DNA of 64,000 nucleotides. Origin: a bacterium (GTDB taxonomy: Bacteria > UBA8248). The stretch lies in contig OZ241875.1 in assembly GCA_965203325.1 (NCBI GenBank), forward strand, positions 2,496,001 through 2,560,000, given 5' to 3'. Below are positions 31,001-38,857 of this stretch, piece after piece; positions within the stretch are counted from its first letter, which is position 1, and each line of letters starts with the position of its first letter. A model generated the notes under the pieces. It ran no database searches. It was not told where the DNA came from and saw only the letters and a program-made list of their open reading frames with translations. The position numbers and the translations under genes were made by a program.

Positions 31001-32127
31001 ATCTGGTGGCGTCGGGGGCGCGCCATATCACCCTGATGGACCGCGACCCCGAGCGCCTCCGGGACGCCGACTGGATCCGTCAGTCGAGCGCTCTCGTCTT
31101 CATGGATGAGGATGCCGAATTCGACATCGTATCGGGTGACGTGGCGGTGGAAGAAGACGTCCGGCGCTGCATATCTCAGTTAAAGAGGCCACTCAAGGGC
31201 GTATTCCACCTCGCCGCCGCGCTGGACGACCGTCTGCTGGCCGACATCACCAACAAATCCATAGGAAAGGTTTTCGCGCCCAAGGCGGAAGGCGCCCTGC
31301 ATCTCCACCGCGCCACGGCCGGCTATCCTCTCGATTGCTTCGTTCTTTTTTCCTCTACGGCCTCGGCACTGGGCAACCCCGGCCAGATCAACTATAGCGC
31401 GGCCAACGCATTCCTGGACGGGCTGGCCGCAAATCGCCTGCGGAAGGGTCTGCCATGTCTCTCCTACAACATGGCCGCCGTCGCCGACGCCGGCATGGCC
31501 GCACGCAGTCTTCCCGTTTTGCGGATCATGAGGGCCACCGGCATGCCGCCGGTGAGCAGCGACTTCGCCATCACCAACCTGGATTACGCCCTGCGCTCTA
31601 TGAGGGGGGAGCACCACCTGATCACGGCCATGTTCAAGCGCCTGGTGTGGACGGTCGACTACCCGGATTACATGCGCATCGGGCGTTTGATGAACAATCA
31701 GGATGCCTTCGAGGCCGGCGTGGACAGCGAGTTGAAGTTCGAGAGCGTCGTGGCGCAGATTGCGGCCAAGGTCGCCGAGCTCTGCGGCCACGAGGAGGGC
31801 GGCGTGGAAGAACCGCTGGCCAGTTTCGGGCTCACGTCCATCTCGGTCGCCGAGCTGGGCACGTTCATCCAGACGCAGTTCAACTACCGGGTGAGCGCGC
31901 TCGAACTGATGACCACGGCGTCGGCCATGTCGCTGGCGCAGGGCATCATCCAAGGCAAAAATGATGTGGAAGAGGAGCAAGCCGAAACGGATACGGTCGA
32001 CCTCGCGGACGCTTCCCAAGATGTCAATCAGCGCGTCCGCCGTGCGCCATCGGCTTTCGCCAATGCGCTCGAAGACCATTTTCCGGATGGAAACAGCGCT
32101 GCGTCAGGCGCTTTCGCTATTCGCTAA
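25087..32127 (+). CDS. swfA: Mono-modular type I PKS/FAS (KS-AT-DH-linker/pseudo-MT-ER-KR-ACP), SwfA-like
   Basis: KS TACSAS/HATGT/GHME; AT GHSSG and AFHS; DH HRVHHAAILP and DGGLQ; ER LIHSGMGGVG; KR TGGLGGFG, LDD, YSAAN; ACP GLTS; no TE. Confidence 0.85.
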   Translation: MGSAEPDYPVAIVGYSYRMPGGIHTDDDFWRLLSEREIVQEPVADRYGRGYQPIGGFSGLGRFASPYEGLIREDGEKLIDRGLFGLSQDEVVSMDAQVKMLLSCSWETFERVGWDMHSLRNSPTGVFIGGQTPATANWRPMQGAGPFDVMNTSLAMLANRISYHFNLMGPSATYCTACSASLTALHAAVAALRSGDCEQALTGSVNYLVGSRLSAAFNVLGVISPDGKCHSFDAEANGYMRSEGAFVFALKPLEAAERDGDPIHAVVEATAVNSAGAADGSSGLAQGRYITAPTRHAQIELMRTARERAGRSPQDFDYVEAHATGTVVGDRIEGNAISEAFGGVEREVPLRISSVKSNVGHMEAAAFHCALLKVILMMQRRTFAPNSKNFLVPNPEIDFESCPIQVQTICESFPERPAVVGVNSFGFGGANGHCVVREYAPEKPRSWSSALAPKAGFMIPLSARTSGALTRSARQLREALDEQEMDLYTLAGNLSRRRTHFATRTAFAARDQRELVEALDAFIEDPAPVATVDDRERRVALVFSGQGTQWAGCGRALYDADPVFRRTVDAIDEHWREHSDFSLREACFSVSQEEINEVQLAQPVIFMIQCALVELLKTWGVYADCVVGHSSGEVAAAYACGALSLAESTRLVFHRATLQQRVAGSGRMLAVGLDRAGVEEMLEALRVPFRPEEGPTQVEVACENAPANTVICGKEASLRPIMEELERRRLQNQLLPGNIAFHSSAMDPLEDDALAALSFLNDCVFEAEAPFVSSVSGVKTERLEGAYWWSNIRKPVQFAAAMETIKQDYRPDVVLEIAPHSALQPIIAQCLEDAPAMACIPTLMRNTDVCLGFQQTLGALFRAGVPLDFAAQYPRPEPVAHVLPGYPREEQAVVDIMRDDEFYVRQGEYSHGPLVGHRVPSEHMLFEARLSEADFPWLADHRVHHAAILPGAGYIELILEALGGVPVYFDVIEFLQPCPIPKEPVRLQTALYPVANDPDAFTFTITSRSYDPEARSEVHCRGKVRLVNDDHMVDVPSRLADIDTTCFESSILADDRDFYERLEAVLSGTFEYGPYFRTIRRVLVDKISRASLFDVEMDEGLWATGKEEGYVSCPPLFDGGLQIFLYHLLNAADLFAIPQRAEYVTFLRPPTGPRITCHVTKPAENRSDVDEKGQYSIGRGETAGGSISFYDGATGDLLAHIGEYTYFTSNPSWNDLPESKHRISWQPKFVPEGKPLADRLPDGEIEPAALIAALEQPQGRERYACHVVEFAGSREPEQTVLEQCADHLSNGGAQTEFWLLGDTEESTRSCYDAFGQRDAALRFECLDPAAQPELDSGLLRPGVAEILFLHADGEAPGAEQWGLARQLAVAGGLALVSHGEGGVIEPGDGWTMVRAGRRTTLLQAPQSLPEIAETAELPGPRWVLGEQGSWAADWAGMLNAPDVHTIPDEALAIDVIHLLETWPQAAEVRAIDFFCGADPEDPTGEKAVSRFVALVQALVYCRMENANHPCRLTVVTHGAALDVENPSACALWGAVRSMAVEINEEARIDFRLVDLGDSDDLKTLAWLARCDLRERELAVRENRLWAPRMVSIPERYSRAPAGEKPAYRLALENPGQIAGLEMKTCELPPLGPDDVEIEVTAAALNFRDVMVTLGLLPALAYERSALGREVGMEGSGTVRRVGSGVRGFRAGDEVAFIQGGCIANRVVVNRHLVFAKPGRLSMEEAASVLSVYVTAYYSLIHLARLRKGQRVLIHSGMGGVGQAAIALARHVGAEIYATAGSESKREQLLSLGVRAAFDSHSHVWYDDLMEATEGEGVDVVLNSLAGRHVELCLKALRPSGWHCEIGKVDIYADNDLGLRVFRKNLRFAAIDVDRLMIDDPLLSHELSQACLDLLDEGALPPLPVTVFPFKDYAKALRLMTTGRHQGKLVLKAPEASGEPGFPIADVRPLFDPDATYLVTGGLGGFGLRLLPYLVASGARHITLMDRDPERLRDADWIRQSSALVFMDEDAEFDIVSGDVAVEEDVRRCISQLKRPLKGVFHLAAALDDRLLADITNKSIGKVFAPKAEGALHLHRATAGYPLDCFVLFSSTASALGNPGQINYSAANAFLDGLAANRLRKGLPCLSYNMAAVADAGMAARSLPVLRIMRATGMPPVSSDFAITNLDYALRSMRGEHHLITAMFKRLVWTVDYPDYMRIGRLMNNQDAFEAGVDSELKFESVVAQIAAKVAELCGHEEGGVEEPLASFGLTSISVAELGTFIQTQFNYRVSALELMTTASAMSLAQGIIQGKNDVEEEQAETDTVDLADASQDVNQRVRRAPSAFANALEDHFPDGNSAASGAFAIR

Positions 32128-32159
32128 CCCTGAAAAGGGGTGCACAGGAGAAAGTTGCC

Positions 32160-33902
32160 ATGCCTAATGCGCTTCTTGTCAGCCCCGAGCAGCCCCCTAC
32201 CTACTGGGGCGCGAACTATGCTCTCGGGATTTCGGGCGTGAAGGCGACATTTCCGCCCCTGGGTCTGCTGACCGTGGCCGCGATGTTCCCACCGGAATAC
32301 GACCTGCGCGTCGTGGACATGAACGTGGCTGCCCTCGAGGATTCTGACATCGAATGGGCGGATGTGGTGTTTACCTCCACCATGATCGTTCAACGCGTCT
32401 CCCTGCAAGCCGTCATCGAGCGATGCAACCGGGCCGGGGTTCCCGTAGTGGCCGGGGGGCCTCACCCCACCACGTTTCACGACGAGATCGAAGGCGTGGA
32501 CCATTTTGTGCTGGATGAGGTCGAGGAGATCTTCCCTGATTTTCTGCGTGACCTGGAGAACGGTGCGGCCAAAGTCATCTACCGGGAGCCGGGAAAGCCT
32601 GACGTGACGCAAACGCCCGTGCCGCGCTTCGACCTCATCGACACGGAGAACTATTACTCCATGGGCGTTCAGTTCTCCCGGGGGTGCCCGTTCGACTGCG
32701 AGTTCTGCGACATCACCAAACTCTATGGCCGCGTGCCCCGGACCAAGGCGCCCGCACAGATCGTGGAGGAGTTCGAATCGCTGTATCGACTGGGCTGGCG
32801 AGGTCCTGTTTTCATGGTCGACGATAATTTCATCGGCAACAAGGCGGAGGCGATGAAGCTGCTGCCGGTGGTCACCGAGTGGCAAAAGGCCCATGGATAT
32901 CCGTTCTCCCTGTCCACGGAGGCGAGTCTGAATCTTGCCCGCATGGATGACCTGATGGACGAGATGATCGAGGCCGGGTTCAATACCGTGTTTTTGGGCA
33001 TCGAAACCCCCACCCCCAAGGCCTTGCTCAAGACCAAGAAACCGCAGAACGTCAACGAGCGGGAAGAAAATTTTCTCCTCAATTCCATTCGCAAAATCCA
33101 GCACAAGGGGATGCAGGTACAGGGTGGGTTCATCCTCGGCCTTGATGGTGACGATGAGAGCGTGTTCGATGCTCAAATCGATTTTATCCAGGAGGCGGGC
33201 ATTCCCGTTGCCCCGATCTTTCTGCTGACCGCTCTCAAGGGTACGGACATGTACAACCGCCTGATGTCGGAGAAGCGGCTCCTGGAGGTTTCCATCGGAA
33301 CTCACTCCATGACCCTCAACTTTCAGCCGGAGATGAATCCCCAGACCCTTATCGAGGGATATCAAAGGGTCACAGCCACCCTCTACGACGCGACCCTGGA
33401 GAATTACCTGAAGCGCTGCCTGACCTTGTTCGAGCACCAGAAGCCCGTCCCGCACCTGCTGAAACGGATGAGCAAGACTGCGATGGCCGTGGCCGTTATG
33501 AGCGTGCGCCGGGAGCTATCCGCAGAGCAAATCCCGGCCTTTACGAAATTCATCGCCAAAGTCTCCGAGGATTATCCCCGCATGCTGCCTGAGGCGATTC
33601 GCCTCGCCGCCATGGGTTACCATTTTGATATTATCAACCGCCAGCAAACCATGCTCCATGACTTCAAGGAATTTCTGGCGGCCGAATTGAAAGTGTTCAA
33701 GAAAGCGGCATCTCACCGACTCCAGAAAACGGAAGAAATCAGGAGTCGGCGGCAAGCGCTGTTCGCACAGACCGATGCGCGCTATCAATCGATACCCGAT
33801 GACTTCCGCTACCTTGGAGACGGGATCGAAGATTCTTTGGAATCCTTCCGGTCCGCCGTGGATGCGCAGGTAGAGCAAAGCGCACATTCGGCAGCGGTGT
33901 AA
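32160..33902 (+). CDS. swfC: B12-binding radical SAM protein (SwfC-like, probable methyltransferase)
   Basis: N-terminal PPLGLLTVAA/GGPHPT cobalamin-binding region; SRGCPFDCEFC CxxxCxxC motif. Confidence 0.8.
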   Translation: MPNALLVSPEQPPTYWGANYALGISGVKATFPPLGLLTVAAMFPPEYDLRVVDMNVAALEDSDIEWADVVFTSTMIVQRVSLQAVIERCNRAGVPVVAGGPHPTTFHDEIEGVDHFVLDEVEEIFPDFLRDLENGAAKVIYREPGKPDVTQTPVPRFDLIDTENYYSMGVQFSRGCPFDCEFCDITKLYGRVPRTKAPAQIVEEFESLYRLGWRGPVFMVDDNFIGNKAEAMKLLPVVTEWQKAHGYPFSLSTEASLNLARMDDLMDEMIEAGFNTVFLGIETPTPKALLKTKKPQNVNEREENFLLNSIRKIQHKGMQVQGGFILGLDGDDESVFDAQIDFIQEAGIPVAPIFLLTALKGTDMYNRLMSEKRLLEVSIGTHSMTLNFQPEMNPQTLIEGYQRVTATLYDATLENYLKRCLTLFEHQKPVPHLLKRMSKTAMAVAVMSVRRELSAEQIPAFTKFIAKVSEDYPRMLPEAIRLAAMGYHFDIINRQQTMLHDFKEFLAAELKVFKKAASHRLQKTEEIRSRRQALFAQTDARYQSIPDDFRYLGDGIEDSLESFRSAVDAQVEQSAHSAAV

Positions 33903-33927
33903 GTCGTATCACCGTTGAAATAGCAAG

Positions 33928-36453
33928 ATGGAAGAAAAAGGAAACATGACCGAAAAAACAGTCGCCGACACGGCAGTACCCCCGCTCGTTGGAAACTTGC
34001 CGCCGTATTGCCGAAGAGACGTCGATACCCTACGCCGATACGTTCATGCGGTGGTCAGTGAGGAAGCACCGACAGCCGCTGTATCGCCAGATGATTTCAA
34101 AAATGTATTGCTGACCGGGGCGACAGGATTCATCGGGCGTTTCTTCCTGCACGACCTCCTGCGGCAAAACGCCGAACTCATCGTGCACTGCATTGTCCGG
34201 CCCCCGGAAGCGCCCGGGCCCGAGAGCATTCGCACCGTTCTCGAGCAGGCCGACATCTGGGACGAATCCTTCGCGCCGCGCATACGCGTCATGGTCGGTG
34301 ACGTCGCCGAGTCGAGATTCGGGTTGAGCGAAACGGATTTCGATGTTCTGTGCCGGCAGATCGACGCAGTCTATCATCTTGCGGCCGATATCAATCTCTC
34401 GTCTTCTTATCTCGCCATACGCAAGGTCAATACGTTCAGCATCCGCAACGTACTCGAATTGTGCTTGCGCAATCGCTTCAAGCACTTGTTCTACGCTTCG
34501 ACCATGGGCGTGTTCCCCCAGTATTTCTGCGGCTTCGCTCATGAATTCAAGGACAGCCGCATCGACCACCAGATGCAACCCGACCTTGCGAGTATGAAGA
34601 GAATGTTCCCGCTCGGTGGTTTGCTCGGCTACCCGTGGAGCAAGCTGACATCCGAGCAGATCCTGCTGTTCGCGCAACAGGCCGGTATGCCGCTGGCGAT
34701 TTTTCGGCTGCCGCAAACCAGTCTTTCCAGCAAGGGGTATACCCAGGCGAACGATCTGGGTGTGCGGATGTTTGCTGGAGTTGTCGATAGCGAAACGCTA
34801 CCGGCAGAATACACGTTTCGATCAAGCAACGAAGCGGTCGATACGTTGAGCGAGGTTTGTACGGCCATTTCCCTGAATCCTGAACGGCGTTTCACCATCT
34901 ACCATTGCTGCAACCCGCAGTTGGACCCTTACGACCTGGAACCTGCCGATTTCGGGTTATATTGGCCCGAGGTTTCCAGCGAGTCGTTCAAACGCGCCTG
35001 TCAGGCCCGCGGTGAAAACTCGCCGCTCCATGGCTACTGGGCCGTGCTGGATCATCTGGGGAAATACTGGCTCAGCAAAGACAAGCCGACGGACAGGTTG
35101 CCCATTTGTGACCGTGCCATCCGGGAGGATTGTCCTCAACCGATTAAGTGGCCGGGCACATTGCCCACGCTCAGACGCTCAATCCAATGGGTCAAGGCTC
35201 ATCGATGTGAATGGCCATATCCCATTCCGCAAAGTCGCTTGGACTTCGACTGCCTGATTGCCCAGGCCAAGGGCTACGCTGAGGAGCAGGAGGTTCCCTT
35301 CGACTCGGCTTACCCGGCGTGGATTCGTCAAAATCTGCAACAACTGGTAGGGGCATTGAATGCGCCCGATACACGACTGATTAAAGATAAGATTCACGAC
35401 ATCGTCTTCGAACTGAGTCGTTTTTTGCGCAGCAACGCAGGGTTGGCCCGCGAACGGCGGCTGCATCCGGAGATCGAACGCGAGGAGATCACACGGCCGG
35501 TCTTTATAATCGGGATCAATCGCACCGGCACCACCTACCTGCACCGCCTGATGTCGCGCGACAATCGTTTCTGGGCGTTACGGTTATACGAGTGCATAGA
35601 ACCGGTCCTCCCGAAGGATGATTACGCCACTGTGGCGGGCACTCCCGACGACCCCCGCCGCTCGCGAACCGACGAAGCAGTGCGCTCCTCCGACATCTTC
35701 AAGGTTTTGGAGGGTGTTCATGATGTTAGTGTCGATGAACCAGAGGAGGATTTTCAGATTTTTCGAATGGCATTTTCGGCATGGGTCTATACCGCTCAGT
35801 TCCATATACCGGAATATGGCCGGTGGCTGAACGCGAACGGTTCGGAGGATGCCTATGCCTACCACCGCCGCACCATGCAGCATTTCACCTGGCAGCGCCG
35901 CCAGCGTGAGCCCGGGCACCAGGGCCAATGGCTGCTCAAGATGCCCTTTCATCTCATGGAGCTGGACTCCCTGATCAAGACCTATCCGGACGCCCTGTTC
36001 ATCCAGACCCATCGAGAACCCACCCAGTTCATGGGATCCTGTAACAGCCTCGTGGAGCGAGTACGCTCCATTTGCAGCGAGCCCCTGCCGCCGAACGAGT
36101 TTGGCGCCGAGCAGTTGGCCTTCATGAGCGGCATGCTCGATAAGGCCGTGGACTTTCGGCTGGCCCATCCCGGGCTGGAAGACCGCTGGGTTGACGTGAA
36201 CTACATTGATCTGGTCGAGAATCCGTTTGGTGTGATTCGCGGAATCTACGAACACTTCGGCTGGACACTCGGGCAGGCGGCATCCGGTACGATGGAGGAG
36301 TGGCATGAACGCCAGATCGAAAAACGGCGCACCGAGACGCGGCATCGCTACGCTCTCGAGGACTACGGCCTTACGCCCGAGGCGGTCAACGCCGCATTTG
36401 CCCGCTACCGGGACTTCATCACCAGCCGCGGGATTCGTTCCTCGGGATTTTGA
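33928..36453 (+). CDS. swfB: Thioester reductase (R) domain fused to a sulfotransferase (SwfB-like)
   Basis: LTGATGFIG and GYPWSK SDR motifs; C-terminal half has INRTGTT PAPS loop, WLLKMPFH and THREP. Confidence 0.8.
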   Translation: MEEKGNMTEKTVADTAVPPLVGNLPPYCRRDVDTLRRYVHAVVSEEAPTAAVSPDDFKNVLLTGATGFIGRFFLHDLLRQNAELIVHCIVRPPEAPGPESIRTVLEQADIWDESFAPRIRVMVGDVAESRFGLSETDFDVLCRQIDAVYHLAADINLSSSYLAIRKVNTFSIRNVLELCLRNRFKHLFYASTMGVFPQYFCGFAHEFKDSRIDHQMQPDLASMKRMFPLGGLLGYPWSKLTSEQILLFAQQAGMPLAIFRLPQTSLSSKGYTQANDLGVRMFAGVVDSETLPAEYTFRSSNEAVDTLSEVCTAISLNPERRFTIYHCCNPQLDPYDLEPADFGLYWPEVSSESFKRACQARGENSPLHGYWAVLDHLGKYWLSKDKPTDRLPICDRAIREDCPQPIKWPGTLPTLRRSIQWVKAHRCEWPYPIPQSRLDFDCLIAQAKGYAEEQEVPFDSAYPAWIRQNLQQLVGALNAPDTRLIKDKIHDIVFELSRFLRSNAGLARERRLHPEIEREEITRPVFIIGINRTGTTYLHRLMSRDNRFWALRLYECIEPVLPKDDYATVAGTPDDPRRSRTDEAVRSSDIFKVLEGVHDVSVDEPEEDFQIFRMAFSAWVYTAQFHIPEYGRWLNANGSEDAYAYHRRTMQHFTWQRRQREPGHQGQWLLKMPFHLMELDSLIKTYPDALFIQTHREPTQFMGSCNSLVERVRSICSEPLPPNEFGAEQLAFMSGMLDKAVDFRLAHPGLEDRWVDVNYIDLVENPFGVIRGIYEHFGWTLGQAASGTMEEWHERQIEKRRTETRHRYALEDYGLTPEAVNAAFARYRDFITSRGIRSSGF

Positions 36454-36716
36454 GGCGAGCGCGCGCAGAAACGGGAAGCATATCCTCAATCGGTAAAATC
36501 AAACCCCCATCACCCTACGACTGAACGGATACGAACGTTTACCGGCACGGACGCTACGAGATACGCGTGAGTTAGAATTCGTCCGCATCCGATTTGATTA
36601 CATATCGTAGATAACCGAACCTCGGCTGAAACTCAAAATAAACAAATACCCACAATACTTTCAGCAGACTACAAGGATTCTAAGCCCGCTGAAAACCCCC
36701 CACCCTCTGAAAACAC

Positions 36717-36869
36717 GCGAAATACCCGAAAGCCGCTGAGTGCCTGGCAGGAGACCGGGAGGAGTTGCTCGCCTTCTACGACTTCCAGGCGGGGCACTGG
36801 CAGAGCCTTCGGACGACGAACCCCATCGAGTCGACCTTCGTCACCATTCGCTTGCGAACGGCGAAGACG
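36717..36869 (+). mobile_element. IS256-family transposase internal fragment
   Basis: AKYPKAAECLAGDREELLAFYDFQAGHWQSLRTTNPIESTFVTIRLRTAKT. Confidence 0.8.
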
Positions 36870-38408
36870 GTCTCCGTGCCGGTACTGGACGACGCCATCG
36901 ACGAGGGCAAGGAGGTCATGCGGCTCCTGCTCTCGAACCCGAAGGGGGCGTATCTCAGGAACGTCCACAGGAAGGCGCGGGGGGTCATCACGAACGACGA
37001 CCCGCTGCAAAGGATGTGGCTCGCGCGCTTCGGCCGCGCGGCGGCGGGCCACGTCGCCGAGGCGATTGACGGACGCCTTTCGGGCGGCGGCGCTGCGGGC
37101 GTCGTGCTGGGCGGCCACAGCCTCACGGGCGGGGCGGAGCGCGATGCTCTCGAGTCGCGCCTCGCCGAGGCCCTGCTTGAGGAGAGGGAGGCCCGGCTCG
37201 GGCGCGGCGAGGAGGCGCCGGCGCCTTCGGTGCGCGAGGTCGCGATGTCCGATCTCCTCCTCGCGAGTTCGTTTCACATGGCCTCGGCGGAGAAGGTGGA
37301 CGCCGGCTCGCGCTGGTCGCTGTGGGGCCGGGGCGCGCGCTCCTCGTTCGAGGGCGCCGAGGGCGAACTCTCGCTGGATGGCGACGTGACGACGGCGACC
37401 GTGGGCTTCGACTACGAGCGGGCGCGCTGGCTGGTGGGCGTGGCGCTCTCGCGGAGTTCGGGCGACGGCTCATACAAAATGGGCGGCGCGTGCGACGCGG
37501 GCTGCGCGGGCGAGGTCGAGAGCGCCCTGACGGGTGTCTACCCCTACGCGCGCTACCGTGTGAGCGGGACGTTCTCGCTCTGGGGCGCGGTGGGCCACGG
37601 GCAGGGGGAGATGACGCTCACGCCCGGGGGGTCGTCCCCGCTGGAGGCCGACGTCGCGATGGGCATGGCGGCGGCGGGGGCGCGCGGGGTCGTTCTGCCC
37701 GCGCGCGAGGCGGGCGGGTTCGAGCTCGCGCTCCGCGCGGACGTCCTGGTGACGAACACGCGCTCGGACGCTGCGGCGGGCCTCGCGGAGACCGAAGCGC
37801 AGACGAGCCGCGTGCGCCTCGTGCTGGAGGGTTCGCGCTCGCTCAGGTTCGGCGATGCGGTGCTGACGCCCTCGCTGGAGATAGGGTTCCGGAACGATTC
37901 GGGCGACGCGGAGACGGGCGGCGGGGTGGAGGCCGGCGGCTCTGTCCGCTGGGCCTCGGGGGCCCTGACGACGGAGTTGCGCGCGCGGAGCCTGCTCTCC
38001 CACGGCGAGAGCGGTTATGAGGAATGGGGCGTGAGCGCCTCGGTGGCGTACGCTCCCGGCTCCGGGGGACGGGGCCTCACGCTGCGGGCGGGCTCCTCGT
38101 GGGGCGCCTCCACGGGCGGTGCGGAGCGGCTCTGGTCGCAGGCGGCGGGCCTGGCGCCTGCCGGTGCGTTCGAGCCGGGCGGTGCGGGCTTCGAGGCCGA
38201 GGCGGCCTGGGGCCTCGACGCCCCGCGGGGGCTGCTGACGCCCTATACGGGCGTGGCGGTCACCGGGGACGCGGAGACCTGGCGCGCGGGCGCGCGGTGG
38301 AAGCCCGGTGCGGCCACGGAGGTGAGCCTCGAGGCGAGACTCACCGAACAGGCCGGCGGCGGGAGACCCGAAGGCGGCCTCCTGCTCAAAGGCTCGAAGC
38401 GGTGGTAG
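36858..38408 (+). pseudogene. 5'-truncated Calx-beta/autotransporter beta-domain gene fused in frame to the IS256 fragment
   Basis: Near-identical to 63056-64000; WSLWGRG, GVYPYARY, LTPSLEIGFRND, terminal W; lacks signal peptide and passenger domain. Confidence 0.8.
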
Positions 38409-38857
38409 GGGCCGAACCGGCTGGCCGCGCGGGCCGTGGAGCGGACTTTTTCAACGGAACCTGGCACCTTGTGAAGTCAAGGCGCCAGATTCCCGGTGTT
38501 GCCTGAAGCGATCTCCGGTGCAGGCGCGGACCACAGCTCTCCTGAGTGAGTGTCAACGACGCGGGCCGATGTCCCCCACGGTCAGCGAGAATGCTGCTGA
38601 TTCACCGGGACCACCTGAATCACCTGCCACTGCCGAAGTGGTGAGGGTACAGGTCTGACTCCTTTCGGACAATACTTCATGCAACCGCCGGTTTCAGCGC
38701 GGCCATCACCCTGCCACCGAATCGTTACACCGTTAGTAACCATTCAGTCGTCGGGTAATAGCGTCCCCGACTTCAGAAGCAGTTCATTGTATATTGCAGG
38801 AAAGTTAGTTTGAACCGATGTTTTTCTGACCTATATCACCCCACGAGAGAACGGTTA

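Noticed and set aside
38410..38857. Host gene interrupted by the group II intron
   Set aside because: I could not find a recognisable reading frame across the joined flanks.
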